From a virus, in IMG/VR virus record IMGVR_UViG_3300044859_002168, positions 1-64,000 of that record: 64,000 nucleotides of DNA, one strand, 5' to 3'. The notes beneath the pieces were generated by a model. The model was not told the origin of the DNA. It did no database searches and saw only the letters and a program-made list of their open reading frames with translations. Every line of letters begins with the position of its first letter. Position 1 is the stretch's first letter. Position numbers and translations under genes: made by a program. This document shows positions 18,585 to 28,996 of this stretch, in pieces.

Positions 18585-19028
18585 TTATTCGTAGAAAAAA
18601 ATCTCAACTCCCGCCTCTTTAAACATAACCAAACTTCGTTTAGCATGTTCATCCCAATATTCACGGTTTTTGGTTGTGTCTTCTGTCTTACAATAAATTT
18701 CCTTTACACCAGCAGAAATAATGCCCTTGGCACAATCCGTACAAGGAATACCACAGGTGAGATACATTGATGTTCCCTTTGTAGATACTCCAATACGTGC
18801 AGCATTGTAAAGAGCATTTCTTTCCGCATGTTCCATCCAAAAGTATTTCTCAGGTCTTTGTTGCCTTTCCTCAACAAAGTCATTGATACCCCTTGGAAAT
18901 GAATTAAACCCAGTGCTTACGATTTCCTTATCCTGACCAACAATAACCGCACCGATTTGAGTTCGTTGGTCTTTACTCTTGAGTTTTACAGCCTCCGCTA
19001 TGTTGAGAAAATATTCCTTCCAAGTCAT
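18585..19028 (-). CDS. dCMP deaminase family protein
   Basis: HAERNA and PCTDC zinc motifs; STGFN. Confidence 0.92.
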   Translation of the reverse strand: MTWKEYFLNIAEAVKLKSKDQRTQIGAVIVGQDKEIVSTGFNSFPRGINDFVEERQQRPEKYFWMEHAERNALYNAARIGVSTKGTSMYLTCGIPCTDCAKGIISAGVKEIYCKTEDTTKNREYWDEHAKRSLVMFKEAGVEIFFYE

Positions 19029-19429
19029 AGTTTGATTTCAAAACGATTTCTCATTTGTTCAATTTTCTCTTCAGGACATTCGTGTATGTTAATACCCCCA
19101 TGTCGGTTTTCAACAATAATTGAGAACACTTTGTAACCATATTCTTTAGCCAACTCATAATAATCCTCCATCTCCCACTCTTGAGTGAAGGTGTTTGAAA
19201 CCACAATGTTTTCATATTCCAAACCGTAAGTGTTAAAGTTGATTTCCATCCACTCACGAACAGTTGCCTTACACCACGCATGAGCGTCTTTGATTTTGGA
19301 ACCATCAAATTTATATTCACCGTCTGAGTTGAAGAACATATCGGCTTCAACAAAGGCATCCCCAATCTCACGGGCTAATGTAGACTTACCCGAACCAGGT
19401 AATCCACGAAGAAGGTATAGATTTTTCAT
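19025..19429 (-). CDS. AAA_33/PNK-like P-loop kinase
   Basis: RGLPGSGKST; VVSNTF; NIHECP. Confidence 0.85.
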   Translation of the reverse strand: MKNLYLLRGLPGSGKSTLAREIGDAFVEADMFFNSDGEYKFDGSKIKDAHAWCKATVREWMEINFNTYGLEYENIVVSNTFTQEWEMEDYYELAKEYGYKVFSIIVENRHGGINIHECPEEKIEQMRNRFEIKL

Positions 19430-19455
19430 TTTGTAAAGATATATTATTTATTGAT

Positions 19456-19644
19456 ATGAAACAAGATAAGTCAATTATTAATCCTGAACTTTGGGACTTA
19501 ATTAAAAAGAAACAGAACATAAAGATAGAAAAAGAAATTATTGATTTCAATAGTAGAAAATGGAGATGGAAAATTTTCAAACAATACTTGAAGTCATTTT
19601 TCCAATCTCCATTCTCAAGAAAACAAAAGTATACTAACTATTGA
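19456..19644 (+). CDS. Small hypothetical protein
   Basis: TATTTATT upstream; convergent overlap with the next gene. Confidence 0.5.
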   Translation: MKQDKSIINPELWDLIKKKQNIKIEKEIIDFNSRKWRWKIFKQYLKSFFQSPFSRKQKYTNY

Positions 19645-20287
19645 TTCGTTTCTCGTGATGGTCTTGAGGTAGTGACAACTTAACGTGTGGTCTCCCTTTC
19701 ATAATACTTCTGATTTCCTCCAAAGAAATTGGATATAACTCATTACCATCAACACCAACGTCCATAGCCTTACCCTCATGTAACCTCAGTTGTTGTGGTA
19801 AGTGAACGTGACCGTGTAAGTGAATCACACCGTCGTTCATACCGTTCCATGAAGCAATCGGGTAGTGCATACACACCAAAGAAAACTTATCAACTTCTTT
19901 ACCATTGGGTTTCCTCACATCCAAGTGCAAGTAATCATGACAAGAAGAGAATATATCTTGGATTCCACCTTTATTCCTACGGATGTGTTGGTCGTGGTTA
20001 CCATATACCAAGTGAACGTTCTTACAAACAATTCGGTCCCTGAAGTCTTGAATGGATTCAAATCCACCAAAAGACCAATCACCCAAGTGAATTAGAATAT
20101 CATTCTCACCAACAAGTTCATTGATTCTATTAACCAACGTACTGTTCATATGTTCAAGTGATTTATAATCTCTTGTTAAATTATCCTGCCCACCCCAATT
20201 TGTGGTTGCACGACAGATATTTGCGTGGTTGTAGTGAGTGTCTGAAGTAAAAAACAACCCTTGACCTTTTTCTAATATTATTTTCAT
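19634..20287 (-). CDS. Calcineurin-like metallophosphoesterase
   Basis: TSDTHYNH, HLGD, GNHD, HYP, HGHVH, DVGVD; start moved to MKIILEKG. Confidence 0.9.
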   Translation of the reverse strand: MKIILEKGQGLFFTSDTHYNHANICRATTNWGGQDNLTRDYKSLEHMNSTLVNRINELVGENDILIHLGDWSFGGFESIQDFRDRIVCKNVHLVYGNHDQHIRRNKGGIQDIFSSCHDYLHLDVRKPNGKEVDKFSLVCMHYPIASWNGMNDGVIHLHGHVHLPQQLRLHEGKAMDVGVDGNELYPISLEEIRSIMKGRPHVKLSLPQDHHEKRINS

Positions 20288-20373
20288 GAGTGAACTATTA
20301 ATGATACGATGAGTACAAAGAAAAATAAGACACACCATCCGATGAGACCCCAATACTTTTTGCGAATTTTCAT
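20284..20373 (-). CDS. 29-aa membrane peptide (MKIRKKYWGLIGWCVLFFFVLIVSLIVHS)
   Basis: Manual translation; ATGA coupling to the phosphoesterase start. Confidence 0.5.
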   Translation of the reverse strand: MKIRKKYWGLIGWCVLFFFVLIVSLIVHS

Positions 20374-20530
20374 ACCACAAAAGTAACTTCAATATTTCAC
20401 ATTACAAAGACTTGATAAAAATATTTCTACCCTTATGATTGTATAATAACTTGAGGGTTGGCTGGTTGTCCAAGAGTGTTGATTAGTGTTAGACCAGACT
20501 TTTAGGAGGGGACTTGTTCTCCTCCTTTTT

Positions 20531-21241
20531 TTAGGCTACGTTGGTACCTAATATATTGTCAATCTTTTTACCACCTTGAGCAATAATACTATTACCCGAA
20601 TCTATTCTTGAACGTATTGCAATTTCAATTAGCTTGTTTGGGTCGGTAATACCTTTCTTAACTGCATCATTTATCTTTGTTGCAAACTTTCTAAACCAAC
20701 CTGGTCCGTTCCATGTACTGTAGACAAAGTGAAACATTAAATTAGGATTTGACTCAACTATCTTTCTCGCTTCAGGTGAAAGATAATTATTCATATTCTT
20801 CAAAAAGAATGGTTTCATCATCTTAGCAACCAAACTTCTCAATTTTGGTTCTAAATTACCACCCATGTAATTGTGTTTCCAATTTGAGCTAGCTTCGGCA
20901 TTATCAATAATTTTCCAAAATTCTATTCCATCAGGTGAAGTGTTAATATCACCACCATGTCTTCTATCAATACCCATCATAGTTTCACCTGAGTTGCCCA
21001 TCGCACCTTTATTCATATTAGGATGGTAATAACCACCCTCTAAAGCACTAATAACTTTATTTGTAATTTCTTCAAAAGAACCTGGAGATACTTGAGGAAT
21101 TTTGGTATCTACACTAACAAATGTCGCATCTTGTGGTGTAGAACTACCTTGCATGAATTTCGCAACATCAAAAAATGATTGTTCTTCAATATTCATTAAT
21201 TTCTGTTGTCTCTTAATATCTTCTACTAATCGTCTTTTCAT
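20531..21241 (-). CDS. GH108-like lysozyme with leader (LVEDIKRQQKLMNIEE)
   Basis: LEGGYYHP...GETMMGI resembles the GH108 EGGY..GET.yGI motif. Confidence 0.6.
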   Translation of the reverse strand: MKRRLVEDIKRQQKLMNIEEQSFFDVAKFMQGSSTPQDATFVSVDTKIPQVSPGSFEEITNKVISALEGGYYHPNMNKGAMGNSGETMMGIDRRHGGDINTSPDGIEFWKIIDNAEASSNWKHNYMGGNLEPKLRSLVAKMMKPFFLKNMNNYLSPEARKIVESNPNLMFHFVYSTWNGPGWFRKFATKINDAVKKGITDPNKLIEIAIRSRIDSGNSIIAQGGKKIDNILGTNVA

Positions 21242-21343
21242 TGAATGACCTTTAAAAAATAAATACCTATAATATAAGAAATACCTCGTTTATTAAAACA
21301 TAAATGAGGACATTTAAGTATTTATGTTTATACTAACCAAAAC

Positions 21344-21631
21344 ATGCCAGATAAAAATCTCATATTAAAAAGGTCTCTACAAAAGATTGTCAAGTCGGCA
21401 ATCAAGAAAGACCCTATTTTATCTGATGTATACCGTGTTGATATAACATTTTTATTTAAGTCACCTGTCATGTCAGCCATGTGTGATTGGGTTTATGGAT
21501 TAAAAATCTATACAGATTCTGAGTTTGTTGATAGAATCGCCATCGCTAATAGACTCAAGTCAAAAATCACCAACATCATTTCACAAATATCTAACGATTC
21601 ATTCTGTTGTACAGATGTTTCATTTGAGTAA
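21344..21631 (+). CDS. Hypothetical protein
   Basis: ORF with TATTTATG upstream. Confidence 0.65.
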   Translation: MPDKNLILKRSLQKIVKSAIKKDPILSDVYRVDITFLFKSPVMSAMCDWVYGLKIYTDSEFVDRIAIANRLKSKITNIISQISNDSFCCTDVSFE

Positions 21632-21634
21632 AAC

Positions 21635-22747
21635 CTAACCCATTTTTATTTTCTGATAAAGATGAAGTGCCTGAGCAATCACTTGGTGCATATCATAGTA
21701 TTGATAGGTTCCTAACCTACCACCAAACATATACTTCTCAAGTTTATCACCTTGTATTTTGTATTTGGTGTAAATCTCACTATTTGTATCATCCTTGATT
21801 GGATAATAAGGCTCGTTATCACCTGTGTAGTCACAGGGATATTCTTTACTAACATAACTTGTTTTTTGATTTTGATAGTCAAAGAACTTATGTTCTAAAA
21901 TCCTTGTAAATGGTGTATCACTGTCTGTGTAATTAACCACAGGATGTCCTTGGAAACTGTGAGAGGTAATGTGGACGTTCTCCCATGTCAAACTACGGTA
22001 TTCCAATCTACCATGTTCGTAATTAAAAAATTTATCAATCGGACCTGTGTAGATTATCTTATCAGCAACTTCTTCCCACATTCCTTTGTTTTCAAAGAAG
22101 TCTTGGTTCAAGAACACATCAACATTATCCAATAACTTTTCAAATATTTGTGTATACCCACCAACAGGAATACCTTGGTATCTATCGTTGAAGTAATTAT
22201 TGTCCCACGTAAACCTTACAGGTATTCTCTTAATGATTGACGCAGGTAGTTCCGTACATTTCTTCCCCCACTGTTTCTCAGTATATCCCTTAATAAACTT
22301 TTCATATATGTCGGTACCGACCATAGACAAGGCTTGTTGCTCTAAGTTAGTTACAGGACCCTTGTATCTTTGTTCCTCTATCTTCGCTCTTGCCTGTTCT
22401 TCTGTCTTCACACCCCACAGTTGGTAAAACGTCCACATATTAAATGGAAGGGTGTATAGTTCTTCTTTGTAGTTTGCTATGGGTGAATTAACAAACTGTT
22501 TAAAATCTGCAAATTGGTTTACCCAATCCCATATCTTTTTACTATCTGTATGAAAGATGTGAGCACCGTATCGGTGAACATGAATTCCGTCAACATCTTC
22601 GGTGTAACAGTTACCCCCAATGTGACTTCTTTTATCTATTACAAGTACTCTATGATTTTTACCCAACTCGTAGGCACAGGTTGCTCCAAAGAGTCCTGCA
22701 CCTACGATTAGATAATCATATTTCTTATTCGAAATCAAATTCAACAC
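21635..22747 (-). CDS. glf: UDP-galactopyranose mutase
   Basis: IVGAGLFG, HIGGNCY, YGAHIFHT, GYTEKQWG, EPYYP, GRLGTYQYYDMHQ. Confidence 0.96.
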   Translation of the reverse strand: MLNLISNKKYDYLIVGAGLFGATCAYELGKNHRVLVIDKRSHIGGNCYTEDVDGIHVHRYGAHIFHTDSKKIWDWVNQFADFKQFVNSPIANYKEELYTLPFNMWTFYQLWGVKTEEQARAKIEEQRYKGPVTNLEQQALSMVGTDIYEKFIKGYTEKQWGKKCTELPASIIKRIPVRFTWDNNYFNDRYQGIPVGGYTQIFEKLLDNVDVFLNQDFFENKGMWEEVADKIIYTGPIDKFFNYEHGRLEYRSLTWENVHITSHSFQGHPVVNYTDSDTPFTRILEHKFFDYQNQKTSYVSKEYPCDYTGDNEPYYPIKDDTNSEIYTKYKIQGDKLEKYMFGGRLGTYQYYDMHQVIAQALHLYQKIKMG

Positions 22748-23888
22748 CGTCAGAACTTAATACAGGTTCCTCAATTCTACGTTTGAGTTTATCTGACCAC
22801 TCTTGTAAGAAATTTGATGTGTTATGGTAACAACGGTCTTCAATCAAGAAACACATCTGAGGGAATGGATTCACTCTTTCTTGTCCCATCATAATTTGTA
22901 AGTGTCCATAGATTTCATCGTATCTTCTTTGAGTCTCCAAGAAGAAACACAGGTAGAGTAAGTGTTCGTTTCTTGTTGGTGCGAACGCCTCTGCCTGATG
23001 AAAACACTTTTCAGCCTTCTCCAAGTCACCAATTACTTCCCAAGCCTGACCCATCAAGATAAATGCGAAGTAAGCCATCTCATCAATTCTTGCAGGTCTA
23101 CCAGTTACATAATAGTTATGAGAATACTCCATGAACTTTTCATAGTAGAAAATACATCTTCTAGCAAATTCTTTTGAGTGGTCTAATCCAAATGGAAGTT
23201 CATCAGACTTACCCCAACAGTCAGAGTATGATTTTGCAACGTACCAAAGGTGATATAAATCTTCTCTAACGGTATTACCAACCACTTTGTCAATTTCAAG
23301 TTCCAAAGCGTCTTTCAAGAACTTCCTTGGAACATGCCAAGTCTGTCCGTCACTGTGAACCACGTGTCTAAATCCTTCAGGGAGAGTAACTCTAACAAAC
23401 CCTTCACCGATTTCAGGTAAGTGGATTGTTTCGTGTCTTTTATCGTGTTGGAAGAACCATGGTCGGTCAGCATTCCACAACCAAGTTCGGTAGTATCTCA
23501 TACCGTTTGCATGTGCAATTACATTATAAGAATCCACACTCAAGTCATCCAATACGGACCAATCAAAATCTTCATCAACCTCAAGAATCTCATCAGCATC
23601 CATCCTCAAAATCCATTGACATCCGTGGTCTGTTTGGAGACATGTCTTCAAGGTATGGTCTCGGTTCCAACCTGGATATTGCCATTCAATCTCATAGAGT
23701 AAACCAGGGATTCCTTTTTCCGCAAAGAAGTCACGGATAATGTCCTGAGTTCCGTCTTTTGAACCGTTATCTTGGATAACCCAATAGTCAATGTGTTTCC
23801 ACACTGTTTCTAACATTCGGGTTATTGTTGGCGCCTCGTTGGCAACCATTGCGTTTAAACACAATTTAATTTTCTTGTTATTATTCAT
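22725..23888 (-). CDS. GT2-like glycosyltransferase with C-terminal TPR region
   Basis: MVANEA, DNGSKDGT, MDADE, HE motif; helical TPR-like C-terminus. Confidence 0.8.
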   Translation of the reverse strand: MNNNKKIKLCLNAMVANEAPTITRMLETVWKHIDYWVIQDNGSKDGTQDIIRDFFAEKGIPGLLYEIEWQYPGWNRDHTLKTCLQTDHGCQWILRMDADEILEVDEDFDWSVLDDLSVDSYNVIAHANGMRYYRTWLWNADRPWFFQHDKRHETIHLPEIGEGFVRVTLPEGFRHVVHSDGQTWHVPRKFLKDALELEIDKVVGNTVREDLYHLWYVAKSYSDCWGKSDELPFGLDHSKEFARRCIFYYEKFMEYSHNYYVTGRPARIDEMAYFAFILMGQAWEVIGDLEKAEKCFHQAEAFAPTRNEHLLYLCFFLETQRRYDEIYGHLQIMMGQERVNPFPQMCFLIEDRCYHNTSNFLQEWSDKLKRRIEEPVLSSDGVEFDFE

Positions 23889-25128
23889 AGATGTAATTCA
23901 TTATTTGTTCTTCATTATGATACTTTCTCACTCCCCCACGGTTTTGAAACTTCTGAGAGTGACCCAGTTCTTCATCCCAATTCCAATCTTCAAAACCTAA
24001 CTCAATGATTCTCTCATGAATTCGTTTGTCGTAATGGTCTCGGATTAATCTTGCTCTACGATTGATGTCTGTCGCGTTGTTATCAACCGTTGAGTTTTTG
24101 TTGTTATATTGGATGTATAACATTTTTTTGACGTGAATCATTCGTGTATGTAGAAATGTATGAACAATAAGTTCAAAGTCATCAGCAACAGGTGTCAACT
24201 TATTGTGTCCACCAATCTCATGATATAGTTTTCTTTCCCACATTCTAACGTGGTTTGGCATTGATATGTTAAACCGTATAGACAATGGGTTGATATCAGG
24301 GTACCAATGTGCCAGTCTCTCAACACCATCAACCATAACTTTGGTATGACCAGCATATCCAAAGTCAAAGTAATTGTCGTGTCTTGCATACCAATCACCT
24401 GACCAATCGTGGTCATAGTATTTGAACTCACCATCCTCGTAACACTCGGTAACGTCTGTGTATAGGAAACCAGCATCGGGATATTGAAGGATTGCATCGT
24501 GAGAGATTTGTAAACACTCTGAAGTTAATGCATCATCATGGTCCAACTCAACCAACCAATCCCCATCACCAAGTGTTGCTGCTCTGTGTTTTGCCAAACC
24601 AACGTTACCACCTGTAATTGGATACAATTTATGTGGTTTTACTCTATAGTCATTCTCAGCGATTTTCTTGAGGATATTCCACGTAATCTCATCAGGTGAA
24701 TCATCCAACACAATCCATTCCCAATTGGTAAATGTTTGTTTTTTCAGACTCTCATAGGTTCTGTAAATCCTTTCGTTTGTCTTATACGTTGGAGTGAATA
24801 CTGAGAACCGTGGACGTATGTAGTCGGTGTTTCTGAAAACAGACTGACATACAATTACGTTTGCCAAGACCATATCAGGTAACGGTTCATCATAGTGAAT
24901 ATGAAATCTCGTTAAATGGAAATGTGGTATTTCAATGTTCTCATCAAAAGAAATGATTAGGTCGGGCTTATACTGTGTGTAATCTTCAATGACTCTATTC
25001 TCATAGGGTAAAGAATAAATCACAACCTCATCATGAAGGTGTTCCTCCCAATAAATGTCTGAATGTAATATAATCTCCCCCAAAGTGTGCCAACCGTAAA
25101 CGATTGCCGATGGTTTTTTTGTCTGCAT
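23881..25128 (-). CDS. Glycosyltransferase family 2
   Basis: SVFTPTY, WEWIVLDDS, ELDHDD, ADDFEL. Confidence 0.88.
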   Translation of the reverse strand: MQTKKPSAIVYGWHTLGEIILHSDIYWEEHLHDEVVIYSLPYENRVIEDYTQYKPDLIISFDENIEIPHFHLTRFHIHYDEPLPDMVLANVIVCQSVFRNTDYIRPRFSVFTPTYKTNERIYRTYESLKKQTFTNWEWIVLDDSPDEITWNILKKIAENDYRVKPHKLYPITGGNVGLAKHRAATLGDGDWLVELDHDDALTSECLQISHDAILQYPDAGFLYTDVTECYEDGEFKYYDHDWSGDWYARHDNYFDFGYAGHTKVMVDGVERLAHWYPDINPLSIRFNISMPNHVRMWERKLYHEIGGHNKLTPVADDFELIVHTFLHTRMIHVKKMLYIQYNNKNSTVDNNATDINRRARLIRDHYDKRIHERIIELGFEDWNWDEELGHSQKFQNRGGVRKYHNEEQIMNYIYE

Positions 25129-25193
25129 ACAAACAAATTATAGGTAAATAACTCTATGTGTCAAGGGTCTCCTTTTACAGAGACCCTCACACT

Positions 25194-25949
25194 TTAGGAC
25201 AACATTTCCAACATGATACTCCTGTCACCATCCCACTTTTTGATTTGTGACCTTGGAATCCAAAACTCCATCAAACCAATCTCTTCCACTCGTTTGAGGT
25301 AGTCCTCACGGTATTGGGTCGCCTGAGACCTGTCGGTGATGTATGGGACCCTCATGTGTTTAGAACAAATCTTACCCATACCAGTCAACATTGAGAACTC
25401 ATCAGTCAAGGTCTTGGCACAACACATACAAACCTTACTACGTTTTACCGTCATCTTACCTTGGAACTTCACAGCCTTTGGTGATATACCCAACATCTTG
25501 GTGATGTCAATTAAGGTTGGATTAAACTCAAGACCGTAAGTTTCTTTGAGTTGTTGGCCAATCTTACGACCAATCAAGACAGTCTCGCCAGGAGTCGGAA
25601 TACGTAGTTTAAGAACCTTGTCTTTGTATTCCTCCTTGTCAATCTGAGCGATTGCCACTGTGATTTGTTTGTCAGTCAAAGTTCCCCACTTTTGGAACTT
25701 CTCGGCGATGTCCTTTACGAACTTACTCTCCCCTGTGTATTCTACGATACGTTTGAGCTCGGGACGCTCATCTACAGTTACCTTGGTTGGTTGACTGTTA
25801 AGACATTTCTCTGCGGTTTCCATTTGTTTTGGTGTTAAACGTCCCCACTGATTAAGGGAATCTTTCATTTTGTTGATAAAACTGTTGTTTCCTTGGTAGT
25901 TACGAACTTTCTCGGTGATTTTGATGGTGTCAGTCATGGTTGTTGTCAT
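25194..25949 (-). CDS. Hypothetical protein with duplicated N-terminal repeat and DUF6011-like zinc finger
   Basis: Two F..k..qWG.LT.KQ repeats; CMCCAKTLTDEFS..GMGKIC. Confidence 0.6.
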   Translation of the reverse strand: MTTTMTDTIKITEKVRNYQGNNSFINKMKDSLNQWGRLTPKQMETAEKCLNSQPTKVTVDERPELKRIVEYTGESKFVKDIAEKFQKWGTLTDKQITVAIAQIDKEEYKDKVLKLRIPTPGETVLIGRKIGQQLKETYGLEFNPTLIDITKMLGISPKAVKFQGKMTVKRSKVCMCCAKTLTDEFSMLTGMGKICSKHMRVPYITDRSQATQYREDYLKRVEEIGLMEFWIPRSQIKKWDGDRSIMLEMLS

Positions 25950-26035
25950 TTGTTATACAAAGATACAAATAAACTTCATTCCCACAAGCAAAAAGAAAAA
26001 AAATCCCCTCTTTTTTTCAGAGGGGATTCTCACTC

Positions 26036-26515
26036 TTAGTTTTGAGTGAAGGCTTTGTCAGCCCAAGTTTTAGCTCCCATGAAGTCCCAAATATTCATGT
26101 CACACATGTTGGGGAAACTACTTCTCATGTCACCAACGGTCAACACATCCAAGAAACCTTTATCGATTCCGTGCCACTTGTTTCCTTTAGTTGTGAAAAC
26201 ATTGTGCCATAATTCCATTCCATTGTCGTAAGTCACCTTAACTTGAACGTTTACCAAAGAGTTTTTCTTGTACCCTGCGATAACAGACTGAGCGGTACCT
26301 TTGGTGTCGTGGATGACGAGGAAACCCGCTCTACACTTAACAACGATACGGAATTCATATTCAGCGTTCACGTCTTTGATATGGTTAGAGACAGTAACAG
26401 ACAGACGTTTGCCGTTGGTGGTGGTGTCAAAGGAGCCGTAGAATACGTCTCCTGCCATTGTTCCTTCAGTAACTTTGATGATTGATTGGGTCGGGGTAGA
26501 GATTGTGTTTGTCAT
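26036..26515 (-). CDS. Hypothetical early protein
   Basis: TTTG-N19-TATCTTTG promoter upstream; terminator near 25995-26028. Confidence 0.7.
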   Translation of the reverse strand: MTNTISTPTQSIIKVTEGTMAGDVFYGSFDTTTNGKRLSVTVSNHIKDVNAEYEFRIVVKCRAGFLVIHDTKGTAQSVIAGYKKNSLVNVQVKVTYDNGMELWHNVFTTKGNKWHGIDKGFLDVLTVGDMRSSFPNMCDMNIWDFMGAKTWADKAFTQN

Positions 26516-26576
26516 AGTAGTGGTTTTTTTTAACACTACAAAGATACGCGCAAAATCCGAACTGCCAAACTTTTTT

Positions 26577-27305
26577 TTATTTTAATCTTGACATCTTAAA
26601 AATGTAATCGTCATCAATAAAATGTACGGTCTTTGGATTTTCAGGTATCTCATCAGTAAAATAATATAACGCCAAAGAATATCTTGAGATGTTATCGGGT
26701 GTGTTCAAAGGAACAGGGTGCCCGTGAGGAGCATTTTCAATATCAAATATAACCGCTCTATTAAAAATTGGTGAAATCTTAACACACTCCCTTGAAAAGT
26801 CTTTTTCCCACAATTCTAAATCTCCCCCCCATTCTTTTTCCCAATTTTTATTTAAGTATATTAACAAATTGAGTTTTCTACGATGATTGGTTTCAGGATG
26901 TCTATTATAATCAGTATGAATTGATAACTTACCACCTCTATTGATTTTATGAACACCACCACCCATTAAAATATCATCACAATATAAATTTGAGTGACCT
27001 GTCAATTCTTTAAGAAAATTTAAAAATTCAGGCGTGTTTAAATAATCAATAACTAAAGAAGTGTGTGGTATTTGTTTTTTTAATTGTATTATATCAGTAT
27101 CATGATTTGGTGTGTAGAATTTATTTACCTCATACTTTTCAACCCATTCTTGATTATTGTGATACCAATAATCGTGTTGTTTTAATTCCGAAAGAACTCT
27201 CTTCAAAAGATAATCAGGTAAAAAATTATCAATTACCGTATAGGGGAATGGGTGCGCATTTTGATACACACAACTTAATTTTTTAGATAAACTATAATCA
27301 ATCAT
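26577..27305 (-). CDS. 2OG-Fe(II) oxygenase (prolyl-hydroxylase-like)
   Basis: HTD, LLIYLN..W..EWGGDLELW, PIFNRAVIF, HGH, RYSLALYY. Confidence 0.88.
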   Translation of the reverse strand: MIDYSLSKKLSCVYQNAHPFPYTVIDNFLPDYLLKRVLSELKQHDYWYHNNQEWVEKYEVNKFYTPNHDTDIIQLKKQIPHTSLVIDYLNTPEFLNFLKELTGHSNLYCDDILMGGGVHKINRGGKLSIHTDYNRHPETNHRRKLNLLIYLNKNWEKEWGGDLELWEKDFSRECVKISPIFNRAVIFDIENAPHGHPVPLNTPDNISRYSLALYYFTDEIPENPKTVHFIDDDYIFKMSRLK

Positions 27306-27310
27306 ATTTT

Positions 27311-27616
27311 TTAAATTCTACAAGAACCGTCACAAGTTTGTCCAACACCATCAACATAACCTCTTCTTATATCAACGTGTGTGTTTTTGGTATAACTTGT
27401 TTTTCCACCACAAATAACACAACTATCATACTCATCGTCAGAACGTTCTTCAATACCAACGACATGTCCGTAATCGTCAACAACTAACTTGACATGTTCA
27501 TCAGAATTTTTTACAAGGTTATTAATCTCATTCCAATACTTTTCTCTAACGTATTTTCCGAGTTCCAAATCATTTGGTCTTTCCAAAATTTCACGGGTTG
27601 CGATTTTTATTTCCAT
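27311..27616 (-). CDS. Small zinc-finger protein
   Basis: CVIC...YVDGVGQTCDGSC; start moved to MEIKI. Confidence 0.65.
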   Translation of the reverse strand: MEIKIATREILERPNDLELGKYVREKYWNEINNLVKNSDEHVKLVVDDYGHVVGIEERSDDEYDSCVICGGKTSYTKNTHVDIRRGYVDGVGQTCDGSCRI

Positions 27617-27698
27617 TTTTATTTTAATAATACATACCAAATGTTGAAAAAAAATACTATCAATTCAATTTTACGGTATTTATATTAAAAGTCATACT

Positions 27699-28475
27699 GT
27701 GACCAACGAGAAAATTTATCAATTAGTTTTAAAATACTCTTACTTGTTTGACCAAACGCCAAACATACTTGACCTTATTACCGTACAAATTAATAAATTG
27801 TGGGATTGGGAGTATGGCGGAAGATTTAGGAGATTTACAAATGATGATGATTCCATATTTGCAATTATGTTATATCTACATAGAAAAGGATATTCCTATG
27901 ACCAAATTATAAATAAAATTAAAAACAGTACCGCAATAGTTCTTGGTTACGACAACGAAGAACGTGTTTTAGAAACGTGTGGTGATTGTGAGGGAAGTGG
28001 TCGTGAAGAATGTACAATTTGTGGTGGTAGTGGAACAGTTGAATGTAATGATTGTGATGGAACAGGAGAAGTGTCGGGTGAGCCTTGCGACTCGTGTCAA
28101 GGCGGAGGTGAATTTGATTGTGACGAATGTGATGGAGACGGTTATATTGAATGTCGTGAATGTGAGGGTGGTGGTGATGTCGAAAACCCCGACAAAACTA
28201 AATTTACAACAGTTACTTATCTAACCTTTAATCCTGTGGTTGCCAATTATTTTAGAGAAAATTTAAATGGTAGCGTTCCCGAAATTTCAAACTCAACTTT
28301 TGATAAATTACATAAATTGGATGAAAGTGATTTTGAAGTTGAATTACAAAGTAATTATAAAAGGGTGTCCAATTATGTTATTGAGGTAACTTCAGACCCT
28401 GAGGAATTAATTGAATTTATTTCGGACGCAAAAAACCAAATTGAAAATAACTACTTATGGACTTTAACGGTATAG
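27699..28475 (+). CDS. Protein with tandem DnaJ-type CxxCxGxG zinc-finger repeats
   Basis: Six CxxCxGxG repeats; no J domain; TATTTATA at 27677. Confidence 0.8.
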   Translation: MTNEKIYQLVLKYSYLFDQTPNILDLITVQINKLWDWEYGGRFRRFTNDDDSIFAIMLYLHRKGYSYDQIINKIKNSTAIVLGYDNEERVLETCGDCEGSGREECTICGGSGTVECNDCDGTGEVSGEPCDSCQGGGEFDCDECDGDGYIECRECEGGGDVENPDKTKFTTVTYLTFNPVVANYFRENLNGSVPEISNSTFDKLHKLDESDFEVELQSNYKRVSNYVIEVTSDPEELIEFISDAKNQIENNYLWTLTV

Positions 28476-28996
28476 TAAAATTTTTAAAATCCCGAGGTGG
28501 ATACCCTAACCCAAATATGAATTTATATTTGGAGATGTTTGACATGACTCAATCAGAGTTTCTCATGTCCATGCACAAATCTTTAGGTGAAGAAGGTACC
28601 AAAACATTATTAACTAAATCAATCAAAAAATTAACTAAAGATGGACCATTTAAAATTGAAATAGACAGTTTAGAGGTTGGGTCATACGTTGAGTTAGATT
28701 TTAAAAATTCATCTGTTTATGTTGAAGAAATTAATGATGAAAGATATGCCACAGTATTAATAGAAAATTGGGACATACCAAATTCAAGTATAATTTACTT
28801 ACATATAAATGACGATGGTGAAGAAGAGATGAAATATTTTGACATTGATGGTTTATTAGATTTTTTATGGGATGAAAACCCGTACGACTACTCCGACGCA
28901 TTAAATGAATGGGTATCATTTATTGCAAAACAAATTAGTTCATATATGGGAACCCCAATAGGATTGGCTGATAGAGCAAATAGAGCAAAAGAATAA
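28457..28996 (+). CDS. Hypothetical acidic protein
   Basis: ORF overlapping the upstream gene; terminator follows. Confidence 0.75.
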   Translation: MDFNGIVKFLKSRGGYPNPNMNLYLEMFDMTQSEFLMSMHKSLGEEGTKTLLTKSIKKLTKDGPFKIEIDSLEVGSYVELDFKNSSVYVEEINDERYATVLIENWDIPNSSIIYLHINDDGEEEMKYFDIDGLLDFLWDENPYDYSDALNEWVSFIAKQISSYMGTPIGLADRANRAKE

